In this document: positions 1 through 12,923 of the stretch, piece after piece | How the letters are laid out: every line of letters begins with the position of its first letter | How positions within the stretch are numbered: the first letter of the stretch is position 1 | NCBI GenBank assembly: GCA_001642005.1 | Contig: LWCA01000035.1 | Span: forward strand, 1 to 64,000 | Direction: 5' to 3' | Length of the DNA: 64,000 bases | Source of the DNA: Intoshia linei | Lineage: Eukaryota; Animalia; Orthonectida | The notes under the pieces: generated by a model | Told to the model about the DNA's origin: nothing | Seen by the model: only the letters and a program-made list of their open reading frames with translations | Database searches by the model: none | Translations under genes and position numbers: made by a program

Positions 1-777
1 TAAATAATATAAAATTTAAATATAATTATCGACAAATGTGCAATTAAGAATTATCATGAAAAAAATTTCCCGAATATATTGTGAAAGATTAATTTAATTT
101 GTGCTTAAAAATGATTTAAAAGTTATTTTAACAAAAAATATCTAATAAATTTTGGTATATTATGGAATCTCTGTATTGACCATATATATTGCAAACATGA
201 CTTTATTTTTGCAGGCATGACTAACAAGATCGTGAATGTCTTGTATTTGAATGAATTTATTATATTGTAAATAACCAAAATTCAATCGTTAATAAAATCT
301 AAAAAAATATGAGCTAGAAACAAATTTAAAAAAATAAACTGTATAACTAAACATGGACAACAGTATTATAAATACGGTACTACGTTTAAAAGCTTAAACG
401 CCGATTTCCGTTAAAATAAAGTTCAGTTTTAATTTCTTCATAATATTTATAGTGATATATTTAAAATGACAAACGCAACTCGAATAGATAGCGTTAAATA
501 TTTTTGATTGCGAATTAGTTTTTCTATTTTAAAAGTACACACTTTTAGTGCTAATTGCCCATCAAATTCCAAAATTTTCCAAAACCTAAAACAAAAAAAA
601 ACAAAAACAAAAATTATTATTTTTTCATTTTATATTAATTTTCCAAACAAAAAATGTGACATTCTAATACCCATAGACAGACAAACAAATAGTTTTATAT
701 AAGTTACGATATTTTAATCTATGAATATATCTGGTATATATGATATCGCTGTAATTTTGTATAGCTTTAATTTTTAG

Positions 778-3092
778 TCACTTTTGAATTTCTGGTTATG
801 TCGAAAGGAAAAACCTGAATTAACCAATATTACGTGTCACACTTTAGCCAAATTATTAATTTCAGCCAATCCAAACATTGCTTATAATGAATCATTTGTA
901 ATATATTTTTATCCTTTAATATTATTAAAAGGCTTGTGATGTAGTAAAACCGCTTGAATTAAATTTATTCACTGAAAAAGAACCACTTCAACAATTTGAA
1001 GGTTTATTAGCCCTTACAAATTTGTCATCTGTAAGTAATGTTGTTAGGTATTCTTTTATCATTTTTTGTATTTATTCTTAATTTAGACTTGTGATATTTA
1101 ACAAATGTGACTTTTTAAATATTGAAACTTTTATTTACAGTGAAAATGAAAATTTGAGAAGAGCTTCAGTTGAGTGTCTCTGCAATTTAGTTATGGAAGA
1201 AACGGTAATTTGATTTATTATGGATGATATTTAATATATCTAATAAATGGCAGTAATAATTTCATATACTATAACTTTGAATTGAAATTATAGAGGTAAT
1301 AAAATTGAATATGTTGTGTATGTACTTTTTATTTTCACTAGAAAGTATTTTTTTTTTGTAAGTTGTATAAAGTTTGTATGGTGAATAAAAATATTTTAAT
1401 TTTTCTTATATGACAATGAATCAGATCAATATACGACAATTTATTGTGATAAATTAAAGGGTGTGTAAAATTTAATTTATTTAAAAATATTAAAATATTA
1501 ATTATTTATATTATTTTTAATACAAAATTTATATAAAATATTGATTATATGATAATAATTATGGGGCTGTGGATTCATGCATTTAAACGGCTCACAAATT
1601 ACATTTTTTAAATATTATGTTTATTAGTAATTATTTAATTATACCACATATTATTGATTGATTTTATCAATAAGATGTAACAATGTTTGATAATTTGGCA
1701 ATATAATATGAATCACTGTTTCCCAATGGGGAACTTGGGGAAAAATTATTTTTGAAACAAAATGTTTTCATGTAAACAGTAAAATGTTGTAAGAGAGGCT
1801 AAATAGGATTGGAAATACGGATGTAAAGGATAAAGAAATTTTTGAATGGTGAAAATTTGATATATCAGAAAAGTAGGGGAAATTTTTTAAACTGTTGGTT
1901 GGATTAGTGATTATACCTTGAAATGCATGTAATGAACAATTAACAAAGCTTTTCTTTTTAGCGGGTTTGTAATTATTAACTTTTAGAATAATTGTCCTTT
2001 ATCCTGCCAATGTTCCCAAAATGGAACATGTTTTTCAGGTACAATTTAAAGTACATTAGTATGTTTTTACAATGCATCTAATCAAATTAATCCCATCGTA
2101 TCGTCTTTTACCTCTAAAAAAATTATCACTTTATATCCATTGGTTCGTGCTTCAGAGAGTCAAGAAAATTTATAGATTTTCAGTCCCATTTTCAATTTGA
2201 ACTTTAAAGCTTTTGTTTTTCAACTACAACACTGGCTCAGTCACATATTATTTTCCATCATATTTATTATACTTTAATAGTAAAATAAACAAAATTACTA
2301 AGCCAAGGTAAGTACAATAAACTAATAAAAATCAATGTTCCCAAAATGGAACAATGGAGGTTTCCTAGTAATTTTGATTATTGTTATATATAAATTTTGT
2401 ATTTAAATCATTTTAATAATTAAAAACTGATAGAAAAAGATTACCCAAATAAAATCTCGCGTGTAACCCCATTTTCAGAGGTATTTCTAGCACAGTAATT
2501 TTTTGAATATATCTTAGTTATCATATATAAATCAACAGATTTAAAGCAATAGTACCTGAAACCACGGAAACTATTAGCGACAGGATAAAGGTTAATGTCA
2601 TTTATATTCATCATGACTTTAACATTAATTAAAAATTAAATAATGATGGTTAATATAATATTTTAGTTTCATCGATACTTTTCTGCAGAAAACGATAGGG
2701 TTAAGTTAATATTGCTATATTGTTTGGGCAATACCAACGAAGAACATTCTATTGACGAAAAGTTAGTTTTAGCGGCATCAGGACTTTTGGCAACAATATC
2801 TTATAATTCTACAGTATGCAAAAAGATTCCTACTCTTTTTTCCGATGAAAACAAATGGATATTTATTTTAATGAAATTATTGATAAACGAAAACTTGGAT
2901 ATTGTTTTTAGAGGAATTAGTATTGTGTACAATTTATTTGTCAACCTTTCCGAAAATCCTTCTCGAGAATTGGCTAAATATGTGTCAGAAATTGTTTCAA
3001 AATTAAAAAAAATTAAAACCAATACAAATGTATCTAAGAACATTATCGACTTAGTCAATTCAATCTCTGATATAATTGAAAAAAAAGTTTGA
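778..3092 (+). CDS. unc-45: UNC-45 myosin chaperone, C-terminal UCS domain (5' part incomplete)
   Basis: Exons 778-897, 932-1047, 1087-1204 and 2667-3092 join in frame. They encode CHTLAKLLISANPNIAY...VVKPL...QQFEGLLALTNLS...NLRRASVECLCNL...NDRVKLILLY...AASGLLA, matching the UNC-45 pattern LAKLxIxxNP / FEALxALTNL / RRAAxECxCNL / DRLKLLVLY. Upstream exons are not resolved. Confidence 0.9.
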
Positions 3093-4685
3093 TATAATTT
3101 TTAAATTATTAAGAATTTAATTACATTTTTATATTTATTCATACATATTCAATTTCTCAATAATTAATATTAAATTAATTATATGCTAATAAATATTTAA
3201 TGTAATTTGTATAAACTCGGATTATTCATATTGATTTGATAGAATTTATAGAATGAATAAATTATCGATAATCTTGAAAAATATTTAAATATTTTTACTC
3301 CATTTTATGTTTACTTTTGAATTTTAATAATGCCACTTTCAGGGTTGTTTTAATAGTTTATTCACCTTGGAGTTAAATTAATTAATTTTAAAGTGTGTCA
3401 GATAAATGTACAGGATTGTAGTTTGAAACATTTGTTTTCGTTTAATTTTTTTGTCATTTTTATGATTTATTGTTAAATTATGGAAACATCTAGTGAAAAT
3501 TGTCTAGATTATATTATTTTGACATTCACATGCAAATAATTCATTGCCATCAAGTTATTTCTCGAGCAAAATATAAGTAGACTGAGAAATTATTGAACTT
3601 ATTGTATTAAATTATTGACATTGTATTTACAAAAACATCCATGATGTTAAATTTAAATTGTAAACTAATAAAAATGTAAAATTGATTTTTGATAAAGTAA
3701 TTTCTAAAACATATTTTTTTGTATATCTGAAACCCCAATAAAAAAATTTATCAAAAAGCCATGTGGTTCGATTCATACAAAATGTTTCTGATTATCAGCA
3801 TTTTAACTTATTTTAAAATCATTAGTGAAAATAAATAACATTAAAATTTTAGGGTACATGTGTCAAGTCAAATCTAAGTGAAAATACAAATTACTAAAAC
3901 ATTTATAAATAAGTATGATTTATACTTCAAAATCCCATTGTGTATAAATATAGGCGTACCTCAAAACTATGAGTCATGTGTACTACGCATCACATACATT
4001 ATATGCTTAATATGCGTATATTGAATACTCTTTATTGAACATGAAAACTTGATATACATAATTGTATTAATTATTATGTATAAAAATTTCCTTTATGAAA
4101 ATAAGATTTATTTGTAAATTAAATAAAATTATAACCAATACGTGGAAAAGAATTAGTATATGATTAAGTTCAATACCACGATGAAGCATTAATGGTAATT
4201 TATTCATCAGATAAACAAAATAATAATAAGAGTAATGATTTATCAAATTAAGCATAGTGTATTCATTTAAATTAAAAGCTTAATTTATAAACAAAGAAAC
4301 TGTCCAAGCAATAATTTCTAGTAGAACTCGATATATCAACAACAATTCACATAGCCTGCATCGAATGCGTCACTTGAACAATACGACATAGATTTAGTTT
4401 ATTATGTCGTTAGAGTTTACAATAATGCGACATTCTCTTCCTATCACTGACTCAATTAAAGTGTGAGGCGTTTTTATTGTTTGTTTTATAACCGGGATTA
4501 GAAATAAAATTGATATGATATTAACATCACTATAGGATTTCATTAACTGCTACAAAATTTTAACTGGAAACATTTTACATTTTTAAAATTAGAACATTAT
4601 TAGGTAATGTTTATGTTTATTCAATAATTAACAATAGTTAGTTAACCTATTTTCATTGGATTTGTTTACTAGTTTATTTTAGAAA

Positions 4686-7600
4686 ATGTTATTAATCTAT
4701 TTTTTTTCAACATTGTGTTTTGGTATACTACTATCACCCTATTATTCACAAGGTTTGGATAAATTTACATTTTTTCATCCATTTTAGGTTTTCTACCTCC
4801 ATTAATCAAAACTACAGATTATCAAAGAGTGTTAAGCATACCAGATGGAACGAATGGTATTTTACTTTGTTCTGCAGTCGCAACTCCAACAGCTAGGTAT
4901 ATGACAAATTTTCATTTTAAATGTAATTTTTAGATATGAATGGTACATAGACGACAAAATAATTCGAAACAGAGATGGTATAAGCATCAAGAATGTTTTT
5001 ATTAATGGAATTCAATCTTCTGTTTTAAATATTACCAACATTTTGGCAAACAATGAAGGTTTTTATAGATGCCATGCTATTAACGAATATGGACGAGATG
5101 TATCAGATTTGACTAGGGTTATTAAGATAGGTGCATTTCATATATTTTCGATTTTAATCATTTTATTCAGTAAATATTAATGCTCAAATCGGTACAAATG
5201 AATTACATGTTGCATTAAATGGCGATGTCATCATCGATTGCCCAAAAATAAACCCAATATATAAAGTTCAATATAATTGGTATATTGCAAATGGAGATAG
5301 AGCAGATTGGATACGAATTGAAGAGAGTGATCGTTTTATTAATAGTGAAGGTAATATTATTTCAAAAAAATCTAAAAATCAGACTAATTTGCAAGTAAAG
5401 AAAATAGTCATTATTAAAACTTTGTTTATGAACCCGTAATGTTTAAAAACACGGATTTTATTGTTTTTCCGTTTATAGACCTATATATGATAATTATATT
5501 TCATAAAATTTAAATTCAAGTCCATGTGTATTGCTTTTTATTTTAATTTACAAAATTTAAGTGATTGATTTTGAAACAATTGTTAAAATGGATATTTTTT
5601 TCGTTTCAATGAAAAATATCTGGGTTTTCTAATCAATGATATTGGAAATATATCTGATTTATAAAGTTTTATGAAAAATATTTAAATTATAACATTTTAA
5701 TGATTATACCTTTCACACTTAATTATCGGTTTCACATCCAATGAGTCATATATGAATCATTCAAAAATTTACTAAAATTTCAAAAATTCATTTACCTTTT
5801 ACTAACATTCAAAATTGGCGTGCATTTATCGAGTCAGTATTTTTCTTATTGATTTGTCAGTATTGGTTATGGTTTGTCAGTAGAAACATTGATTTTTCAG
5901 TATTGTAGATGGTTTGTCAGCATTTTAGGTGCCAATTGATAAGGTGTCAGTATAAATAATTGATTGTCAGTATTTACATTGGAATGGCAGTAAAAAAAAT
6001 TATATATTATTATTATATAAAGTATTTCATAAGATTAACCTCACAAGGATAATAAAGACAAGAGAGATATAAAACAGATTAAAGGAATTGACATAATTAC
6101 ATTCAATTTTTAAAAACTAGATTTTTAATTTTTATACTGAAACTCCAAAATCATCACACTTACAATTCAATTTTTTTACTGACAAATTATTATTTTATAA
6201 AATGTGTTATTTCTATATACATTTTTGTTGAGTTACTTACAATTTTCGATGAATACTGATCTAGTTAATATATTTACTGAGAAAAATGCAATTATGTACT
6301 GACAAGAAAGCAATTAAAAACTGACAAATATGTAATTGAATATTGACAAAATACTTTTTATTTTAGTGTGTATACTGAAAATTTTATGTTGAAAATACAC
6401 AATTTTTTTATTAATAAATGTCAGTATTTTAATTAAATACTGACAAATTAATTAATCCCCTTCAAAATTTATCAACCCTAAAAAGAAAAATTAACTTTTA
6501 CCAGCCCTTAGGGAAAATTATACTTTTACCAACTATTACATGCGATTCTAAAACATTGATATCTTTTCATATTAGAATTAGGTATTGAATTAGAATAATT
6601 ATTTTTAAGACAAGTTTTTTGCATTAGATAAAATGTTATTACCTTTATTGAATTATTATATGAATTTCAATAATTAAATTTTAGGGGGTAAATACTAATC
6701 GATTGCATTTTTTTGGTTGATAAATTCTTAAAATCAAAAAAGGCATCCACATGCAAAATGGGTTTTCTAATAAAAAAATCACATCAGAATTGGACACCCC
6801 ATATTCATATTCGCACTTAATTAAATTTGTCTAATGATTTTTGCAGTACAAGTATTGAAGGCCTTTTTATTATTATCAGAGTTGACTGAGGTTGGCAATT
6901 TATCCCAAAGCCTAAACGATTGCTACATTATTATTTCAAAAATCCCACCATTAATTAAATTTAATAAAAAATACCATTTTAAACCCTCAGGGAAAAATCG
7001 ACTTTTACCCATATTTTTTTGGAAAATCCGATTTTACCAAATTGTATGAGAAAAAACCTTTAATTTTTTCATAAATGTTTTATATTTCGTATTTTAGTTT
7101 TAGAATATTTAGAAATGGGGTTCGTACGTTATTTGAATCGGGAACCACTGATCTCATAACTAAGTCCTAATATTTATTACATAATTAATTATAAATATAG
7201 GAAATCTTTACCTACTTAATGTGGTGGATTCTGATTTTATATTCAACAATGAAGCTAAATTATACAAGAGAGGAGTATTTATTCCTGGTTTACAAAAAGA
7301 AATTTTTACTTGTTCTAGTATATTGATACAAAAGGGACAAACTGATAAGACAAAACCGACCATAATGTATTCTTCAAAAAACATTTATAATTTAGGGGAC
7401 AACGCAAAGTTATATTGTGTTTTTACAGGATAGTAATACATTTTTGATATATTTTTAATTTCATTTTAGTCCAAAAGTAGATACACATTGGCAAAGTTTA
7501 CTTGTTAACAATAAAATGCCAGCAAAATTTTCTTCTGAAAATGCTTACCTTTTAATTTATAATGTACAATTAAGCGACCAAGGGACGTACAGATGCACTG

Positions 7601-8799
7601 GACAAAACTCGGAAGGAGAAACAGAAATTGACGTTGAGCTTATTGTTACAGAAAGGCCATATTTTATGACCCCTCTAAAAATCGTATATGTAGCAGTTGG
7701 TGAAACCGCTCGTTTTAAATGTAATGTTTATCCATGGGAGAATTTGAAAATTGTGTGGTATGTTAATGGAACACCTGTAGAAAGTGATGATAGAAGAATC
7801 GAAAATTCCAACATATTTAATCAACAAACGCATCCACAATTGAAAGGACAAAATATTCAATGTAACGCATCAAATGAGTATGGCTACGTATACGGTTCAA
7901 CTTTTTTGAAAGTTTTGGATCTAACAAAAATTTTAAATGGACCAATTAACAAAATAATCGGTGAACCAGGTGCATATAATTTAACTTGTAGTGCTACATC
8001 TGATGAATCGGAAACTTTAAATTACGAATGGAAGAAACAATTGCAAGAAGGTCACGCTTTTGAAATCAAATCTACGGGAATTTACAGCATTTTCACAAAT
8101 AAAACATCCACGCTGACCATTAACTCTGATACTTTGGATGAGATTTTAGGCGTTTACACATGTCGTGCTTTCACAGACTACTCTGATGCTACCAGTCAAG
8201 CCACAATATCTAAAGGCCCAGAAGTGGATAAAAGTAAATTTATTAAAATTATATAAATATCTTATTTAGTCGTGAGCCAATTGGCAATATCTTGGATGTG
8301 GATAGTATTCCCGTTAATTTTGATATTGGTACTAGTTGTTTTGATGGTTATGGCTATTTTGTATTACCAACGTAGAGGAAGTACGTATAATGGTATGCTT
8401 ATTTAAGTTTCTATTTACTAATTAAATTTAGTCGACAAGAAGGAGAGAGCAACAGGAAATGACCCAGAAAAGGAAATTGCTGATAGTGGTTTTCATGATT
8501 ACAGAAGGGTGTAATTTAAAATTAAAATGTATATTAAATTAAAAATGCAATTTAGAGAAAACCCTCCTGTTGGTGGAAGTATTATATCAATACGAAAAAA
8601 TATTTCCATTTGTAGTTCTGATGGTAAAGATGACGATTTTGATAAAATGGGCGATGAATCGGGCCTAGATCCAAATAAATTTAACGAAGATGGCTCCTTT
8701 ACAGACCAATATAACGAAACATATTCTTCCAACCGGAAACTAAAAGTAGATGGAAATAGTTCCAAACATTCACTAGGCGATAAAAATACTCAAGTTTGA
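4686..8799 (+). CDS. L1CAM/neuroglian-like cell adhesion molecule (signal peptide, 5 Ig domains, TM, L1-type cytoplasmic tail)
   Basis: Exons 4686-4752, 4788-4896, 4934-5130, 5171-5350, 7201-7432, 7470-8233, 8270-8392, 8432-8510 and 8556-8799 join in frame. Features: hydrophobic N-terminus, Ig motifs (GFYRCHAINEYG, DQGTYRCTG, IQCNASNEYG, GVYTCRA), TM WMWIVFPLILILVLVVLMVMAILYY, and tail RGSTYNVDKKER...FNEDGSFTDQY (canonical L1 family: FNEDGSFIGQY). Confidence 0.85.
5817..6460. mobile_element. Mutator/foldback-like non-autonomous element with 9-bp TSD, nested in another repeat
   Basis: TTCAAAATT flanks both sides (5808-5816 and 6461-6469). Termini are GG...CC. The left arm carries (T)GTCAGTA repeats mostly at 20-nt spacing and the right arm carries inverted TACTGAC(A) repeats. 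Confidence 0.8.
6940..7150 (+). mobile_element. hAT-like MITE right end (family with TTTTACCAA subterminal repeats)
   Basis: Clearly homologous to 37630-37890 and 14400-14612, and to inverted pieces near 41460-41570, 53700-53800 and 55860-55960. Ends in GGGAACCACTG, a Charlie/Buster-type TIR. Confidence 0.65.
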
Positions 8800-8874
8800 A
8801 CCAACATCATAAAGCCATATATAAAATATGTAATATACTAATTGATTAGTAAATGTAACAAAACATTTTGGTAA

Positions 8875-11800
8875 TTACACCAACTTTACAATAAATTTAG
8901 ATTGTATTTCTTTAATTAGTTGGTTTTGATTGGTTCGCAAAACAAAACTATATTTTTGTTTATCCAAGCTCATCAAAAATTCGACAGATTGACGGTCAGT
9001 ATAAACGTTTCTTGAGAGATCAATTACTCCTTTTTTTTCTTTGTTTTTAAAATGAATAGTATTGTCTAAAATATCCACCGTCGCATTGTAAAGATAATTT
9101 GGAACATGGTAAACAACACAATTATCGTTATCTTCCAATAGTGTACCAGAAAAAAGAGATTTTTGAAAAATAATAATCAAATTGTATAACAATCCCACCA
9201 ATAGCCCCAGTTTTATATTGAGTGTTACTACGGACAAAAATATTACTATAATTTGTATATTATCAGAAAAATTTTTCCTACAAAAATTTTTAAAAATGCT
9301 GGTACACAAATTGTAGAGCAAAGGCAATACAGTAAATATCACAATGGCTGCAATTGAAGAGTAAGGAATATATTTTCCAATTCCAATGCAAGTAAATGTT
9401 ATAATTGTCAAAGTCGTTCCAGCAATAAATGATGAAATGAAGAGAGATTTACCACCAATACTGAAATGCAATAAGGATCGTGGTGGTGCTATATAATTTA
9501 TACATTAATATTTTTCATTTATTTTACCTGCAGTTCCAGCAAATGCACCAAAAAAACAACTGATCAAATTTGATATCCCTATTCCAATCATTTCCATATG
9601 AGTTTTGAACAATTTGAGGTGTGATTCGTATTTTATAAAGAATTTGCAATTTATTGATTTGTTAGTTTTCCCATGTGGGTCTATTAAACTAATTTGGACT
9701 TGATCAGTGACTTCTGGTTTTTCTATAAAAATTTATTACAATATAAGCATACTCTAGCACAGGGTTTCCCAATAGGAGCCATATGGCACTAAGGGGCCAC
9801 TTCAAAAATCAAGGGTATGTGGAAAAATTTTTCTATTTGGGCGCCACAAAAAATTTTATATACATATTTTTTATATTATTTAAGAAATGTATTTATTACT
9901 TACAAGTGAGTATATAGAAGAATCGGAAAAATTTAAATGTGTTAAAATGCATAATTTTTTAATCATTATTAATTATTTCTAAAAAAATTATAATGAGGCA
10001 TAGAAAAAAATTTATTAAAGAAGGGGCCATAGCTTCGAAATGGTAGACTCAAGCACTTGATTCAGAATCGCAAAAAAGACGAAGTTCCAGAGATAAAACG
10101 GGATATTTGTATTATAATATGTAATTATTTCACATTTACAGGACCAACGATTGTTGAGAAATGAAAAATATTTGTTGTGGACGATAAAAAGTTTTGGAAC
10201 CACTGTTATTGGCTTAGTTTATTAAACAATTTTTTTGGTGCATGAATTTATCTCTAAATTTAAGGAAAAATTAGTTGAATTCTTTTAAATTTTGGGGAAA
10301 TCACCTAAATGCTACCATTAAAATAAAGTTAAAAATAAGAGTTTGAACATCAGCGTTGATTCATCTCCTGCATGCTTAAAGGTTGGTAAAGTGGATTTTC
10401 CACTGAATGTATGTAATGAAAAATTTGACGACAATTCTTTTGGGTTAATTTTTTTAAGGTCATAGATTGGACAATATTTTCAGACATGGGCCAAAGCAAA
10501 ATGTAATTTTTTAAGTTCGTCCATTGATGGATTTTTTTAATTGAAATGAATATTTTTAGACATTTGAATACTTATTTCCATAAAAAATTGATGATATCAA
10601 CGTTTTTTATAAGGTTATAATTCATTCCATTTTAGAGGTAAAAATTACGCAAAAAAACACATTTTCTTTAGCACATTTTTGAAGTAAAATTGTGCGATTC
10701 TTCAATTGAGAAATCATTTTTGATTTCTTGGTATGCGATAATTTACTATAATATACTAATATATTTTACACCATAAAAATATTTCCAGAGGGCCCACGAA
10801 AATTTTTTTTGGAACTGAGATTTGTTGCTAAGTTCGTGCCATTGCTGTAGAGCAGGGATCGACAACCTTTTGCCTCTCGTTGGCTACTTTTTTATATCAA
10901 AAAATTATACGGCCCCGTTTTTGAAAATTTACATAATATAAATTTCAATTTTAACTGAAGAGAAACGGTTCTAGTATATTCAACAAAACAATATCCAGAT
11001 CCATCTCAAAATTCAGAATTAAAATGATTATAATGTGCCAATTATACATTTATTATGTTTTTTACTATTTTTTTATATCTGCATGAAAAATTGGTACAGT
11101 GTGTAGTAGAAAATGTTTAAAACTGTTTAAAAGTTGAAAAATAAATAATTTACATAAGTACTTAAATAGTCACCAAAAGAGTAACTGCTTCCCGATTCTG
11201 CTGTAGAGGACGATATGTACAGTACTAAAACCACTCTTCGGGACTTGACGAAATTTTGGTAAAATGGAGCCCTTATTTTTCGAAATTGAGTATTAAAAAA
11301 TATATTCTTAAATATAACTATTTTGTGTATTTAATTAAAAATGTCAAGTTCAAAGCTTGGTATTCATTCTTGGATAATATTAAATAATTGGATCAGAATA
11401 TTGGATAATAATAGTGACTCGGGCTATATGACACTACACATTATATGAAAAAAAAATTTGGGGCCTATTTTTCATTTTCGATTGCCTCGAGCTTGGTGGA
11501 TTCGGCTCTGTGATTAGGTATAGTCGTTTGTATGTATCAAAAACGTTAATTTATATAAAAAATATAATTACCATCTTGAAAATCATCAATATAGTTTTCT
11601 TTCTCGCTATTATATTTTTTTCTATAAGAATCTTCAAAAGATTTAATTAGCGTATGATTAACAATGTAAGATACTATTGCTATAAAAATGGCATCCACAT
11701 AAATAAGTTTAATAATGGAGCCTTGAGGTAAAACGGGTACATGTAAATTGTCGTACATATCATTTTGGTTGATTGTAATAGTGTAGAAAGGAATGATACT

Positions 11801-12766
11801 AGTATAGCACACAATTAGTGATATAACAATAACAAAAATTTCGGCAGGTATAACTGTAAATTTATGATATTTGTGAGGAGAATATTTTCGAACAATATAG
11901 GTTATTATCCAATATGTGACAATCAAAATAAAACAGGAACAAGCATTAATAAAATCATTTTGATTAATTTCTCTGTTGATAAACTAGATAAAAATAAATG
12001 TACTTTTTTAAAAATAATATAACCATCTGATTCCATAAATAAGCTGTCAATTTGTAAATTTTGAATAATCCACTGTGAGCCGTATTGAAATTGTCTTGTA
12101 CCCTGATGGGAATAATGATTCCAAAAAAATATGGCAATTGGCTCCAAATTATGTGAACAGCTGTTCCAGCGAGAAACCCAATCTAAGACAAATGTAATGA
12201 ATTACATACAATGTATATCTCACTGTAAATGAATCGGATAACAGCTTTTCCACGATTTTCGATAGATGTAAAAAACTGGCTGCTATTTGAAACAAGCCGA
12301 CAAAAAATGTAATCGATACTGAAATTAAGAGGTTTGCGTTTTCCACAGAAGTATCATCAATAATTTGTTGAATTACATTGCTTTTGTTGTAAATGGATAT
12401 TGTTTCACCCACCATAATTCCAAGCAGGGCACTGGTTCCAAAAGAAATGTGTTTACATGTGCCAAAAATAGCATACACGAAAACTTGTACAATAGTTCCA
12501 ATTAAGGAATATATCGCGTGCTGTTTGACCAAAATTGAAAAAACTGAAAATTACATAATATATATTACCATAAACGTACTTAATGCATGCGATAAATGAA
12601 TAAAAGAAATTGTGACGCCGCAAATCACATCCAATGCTATAAATCGCTTCCATTTGTAATTTTTTAATTCTTCAATATACCGCAGAATGGTGAGAACCAC
12701 AAATGTAAACGGAGTAAAATAAACCGGTAGATTATATACACTTGGTTGAATTATATTTGACTTCAT
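8875..12766 (-). CDS. SLC26 (sulfate/anion exchanger, prestin/pendrin family) with C-terminal STAS domain
   Basis: Six spliced exons give DVICGVTISFIHLSHALIFSIL...IYSL...VYAIFGTCKHISFGT...ITFFVGLFQI...GFLAGTAVHIIWSQL...IPAEIFV...DAIFIAIVSY...EMIGIGISNL...RS...GGKS, then a STAS-like VIDLSRNVYTD. One long intron at about 9724-11570. Confidence 0.88.
10853..11200. mobile_element. hAT (Charlie-like) MITE with perfect 8-bp TSD
   Basis: CTGTAGAG at 10845-10852 and 11201-11208. Imperfect TIRs CAGGGATCGACAAC and GCTTCCCGATTCTG. Confidence 0.75.
11220..11510. mobile_element. Dispersed repeat, probable hAT (Tip100-like) MITE family
   Basis: Aligns by eye with 54906-55202 (AAATGGAG...ATGACACTACACAT...GCCTCGAGCTTG) and with inverted pieces at 15920-16006 and 53968-54060. 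The terminus is CAGAGC(C/T)G. No TSD found. Confidence 0.6.
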
Positions 12767-12923
12767 TGTAGAAAATAGAATATACTAGTAATCTAGCAAT
12801 TTAAATAAATACAATACATCTGTCTGCAGTTTAGCGAAATAATTAAATTTGAACAATATTAGTTAATTCGAGTTAACAACCTTTTATTACAATATCGTAC
12901 AAATATTACACAAACAATCTTAA

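Noticed and set aside
430-705. Helentron/DINE-like end (AGACAGACAAACA...TTTATATA) and the 64-aa ORF
   Set aside because: Only a vague resemblance, with no second copy or defined termini in the window. The ORF is low-complexity.
5817-6460. CRISPR-like regularly spaced repeats
   Set aside because: The units are 7-9 nt, degenerate and inverted between arms, the context is a eukaryotic intron, and there are no cas genes.
8579-8615. Possible 37-nt GT-AG intron in the L1-like last exon
   Set aside because: The unspliced reading (PPVGGSIISI) fits the L1 'PLxGSxxSL' region and keeps the frame. It would need a different upstream donor.
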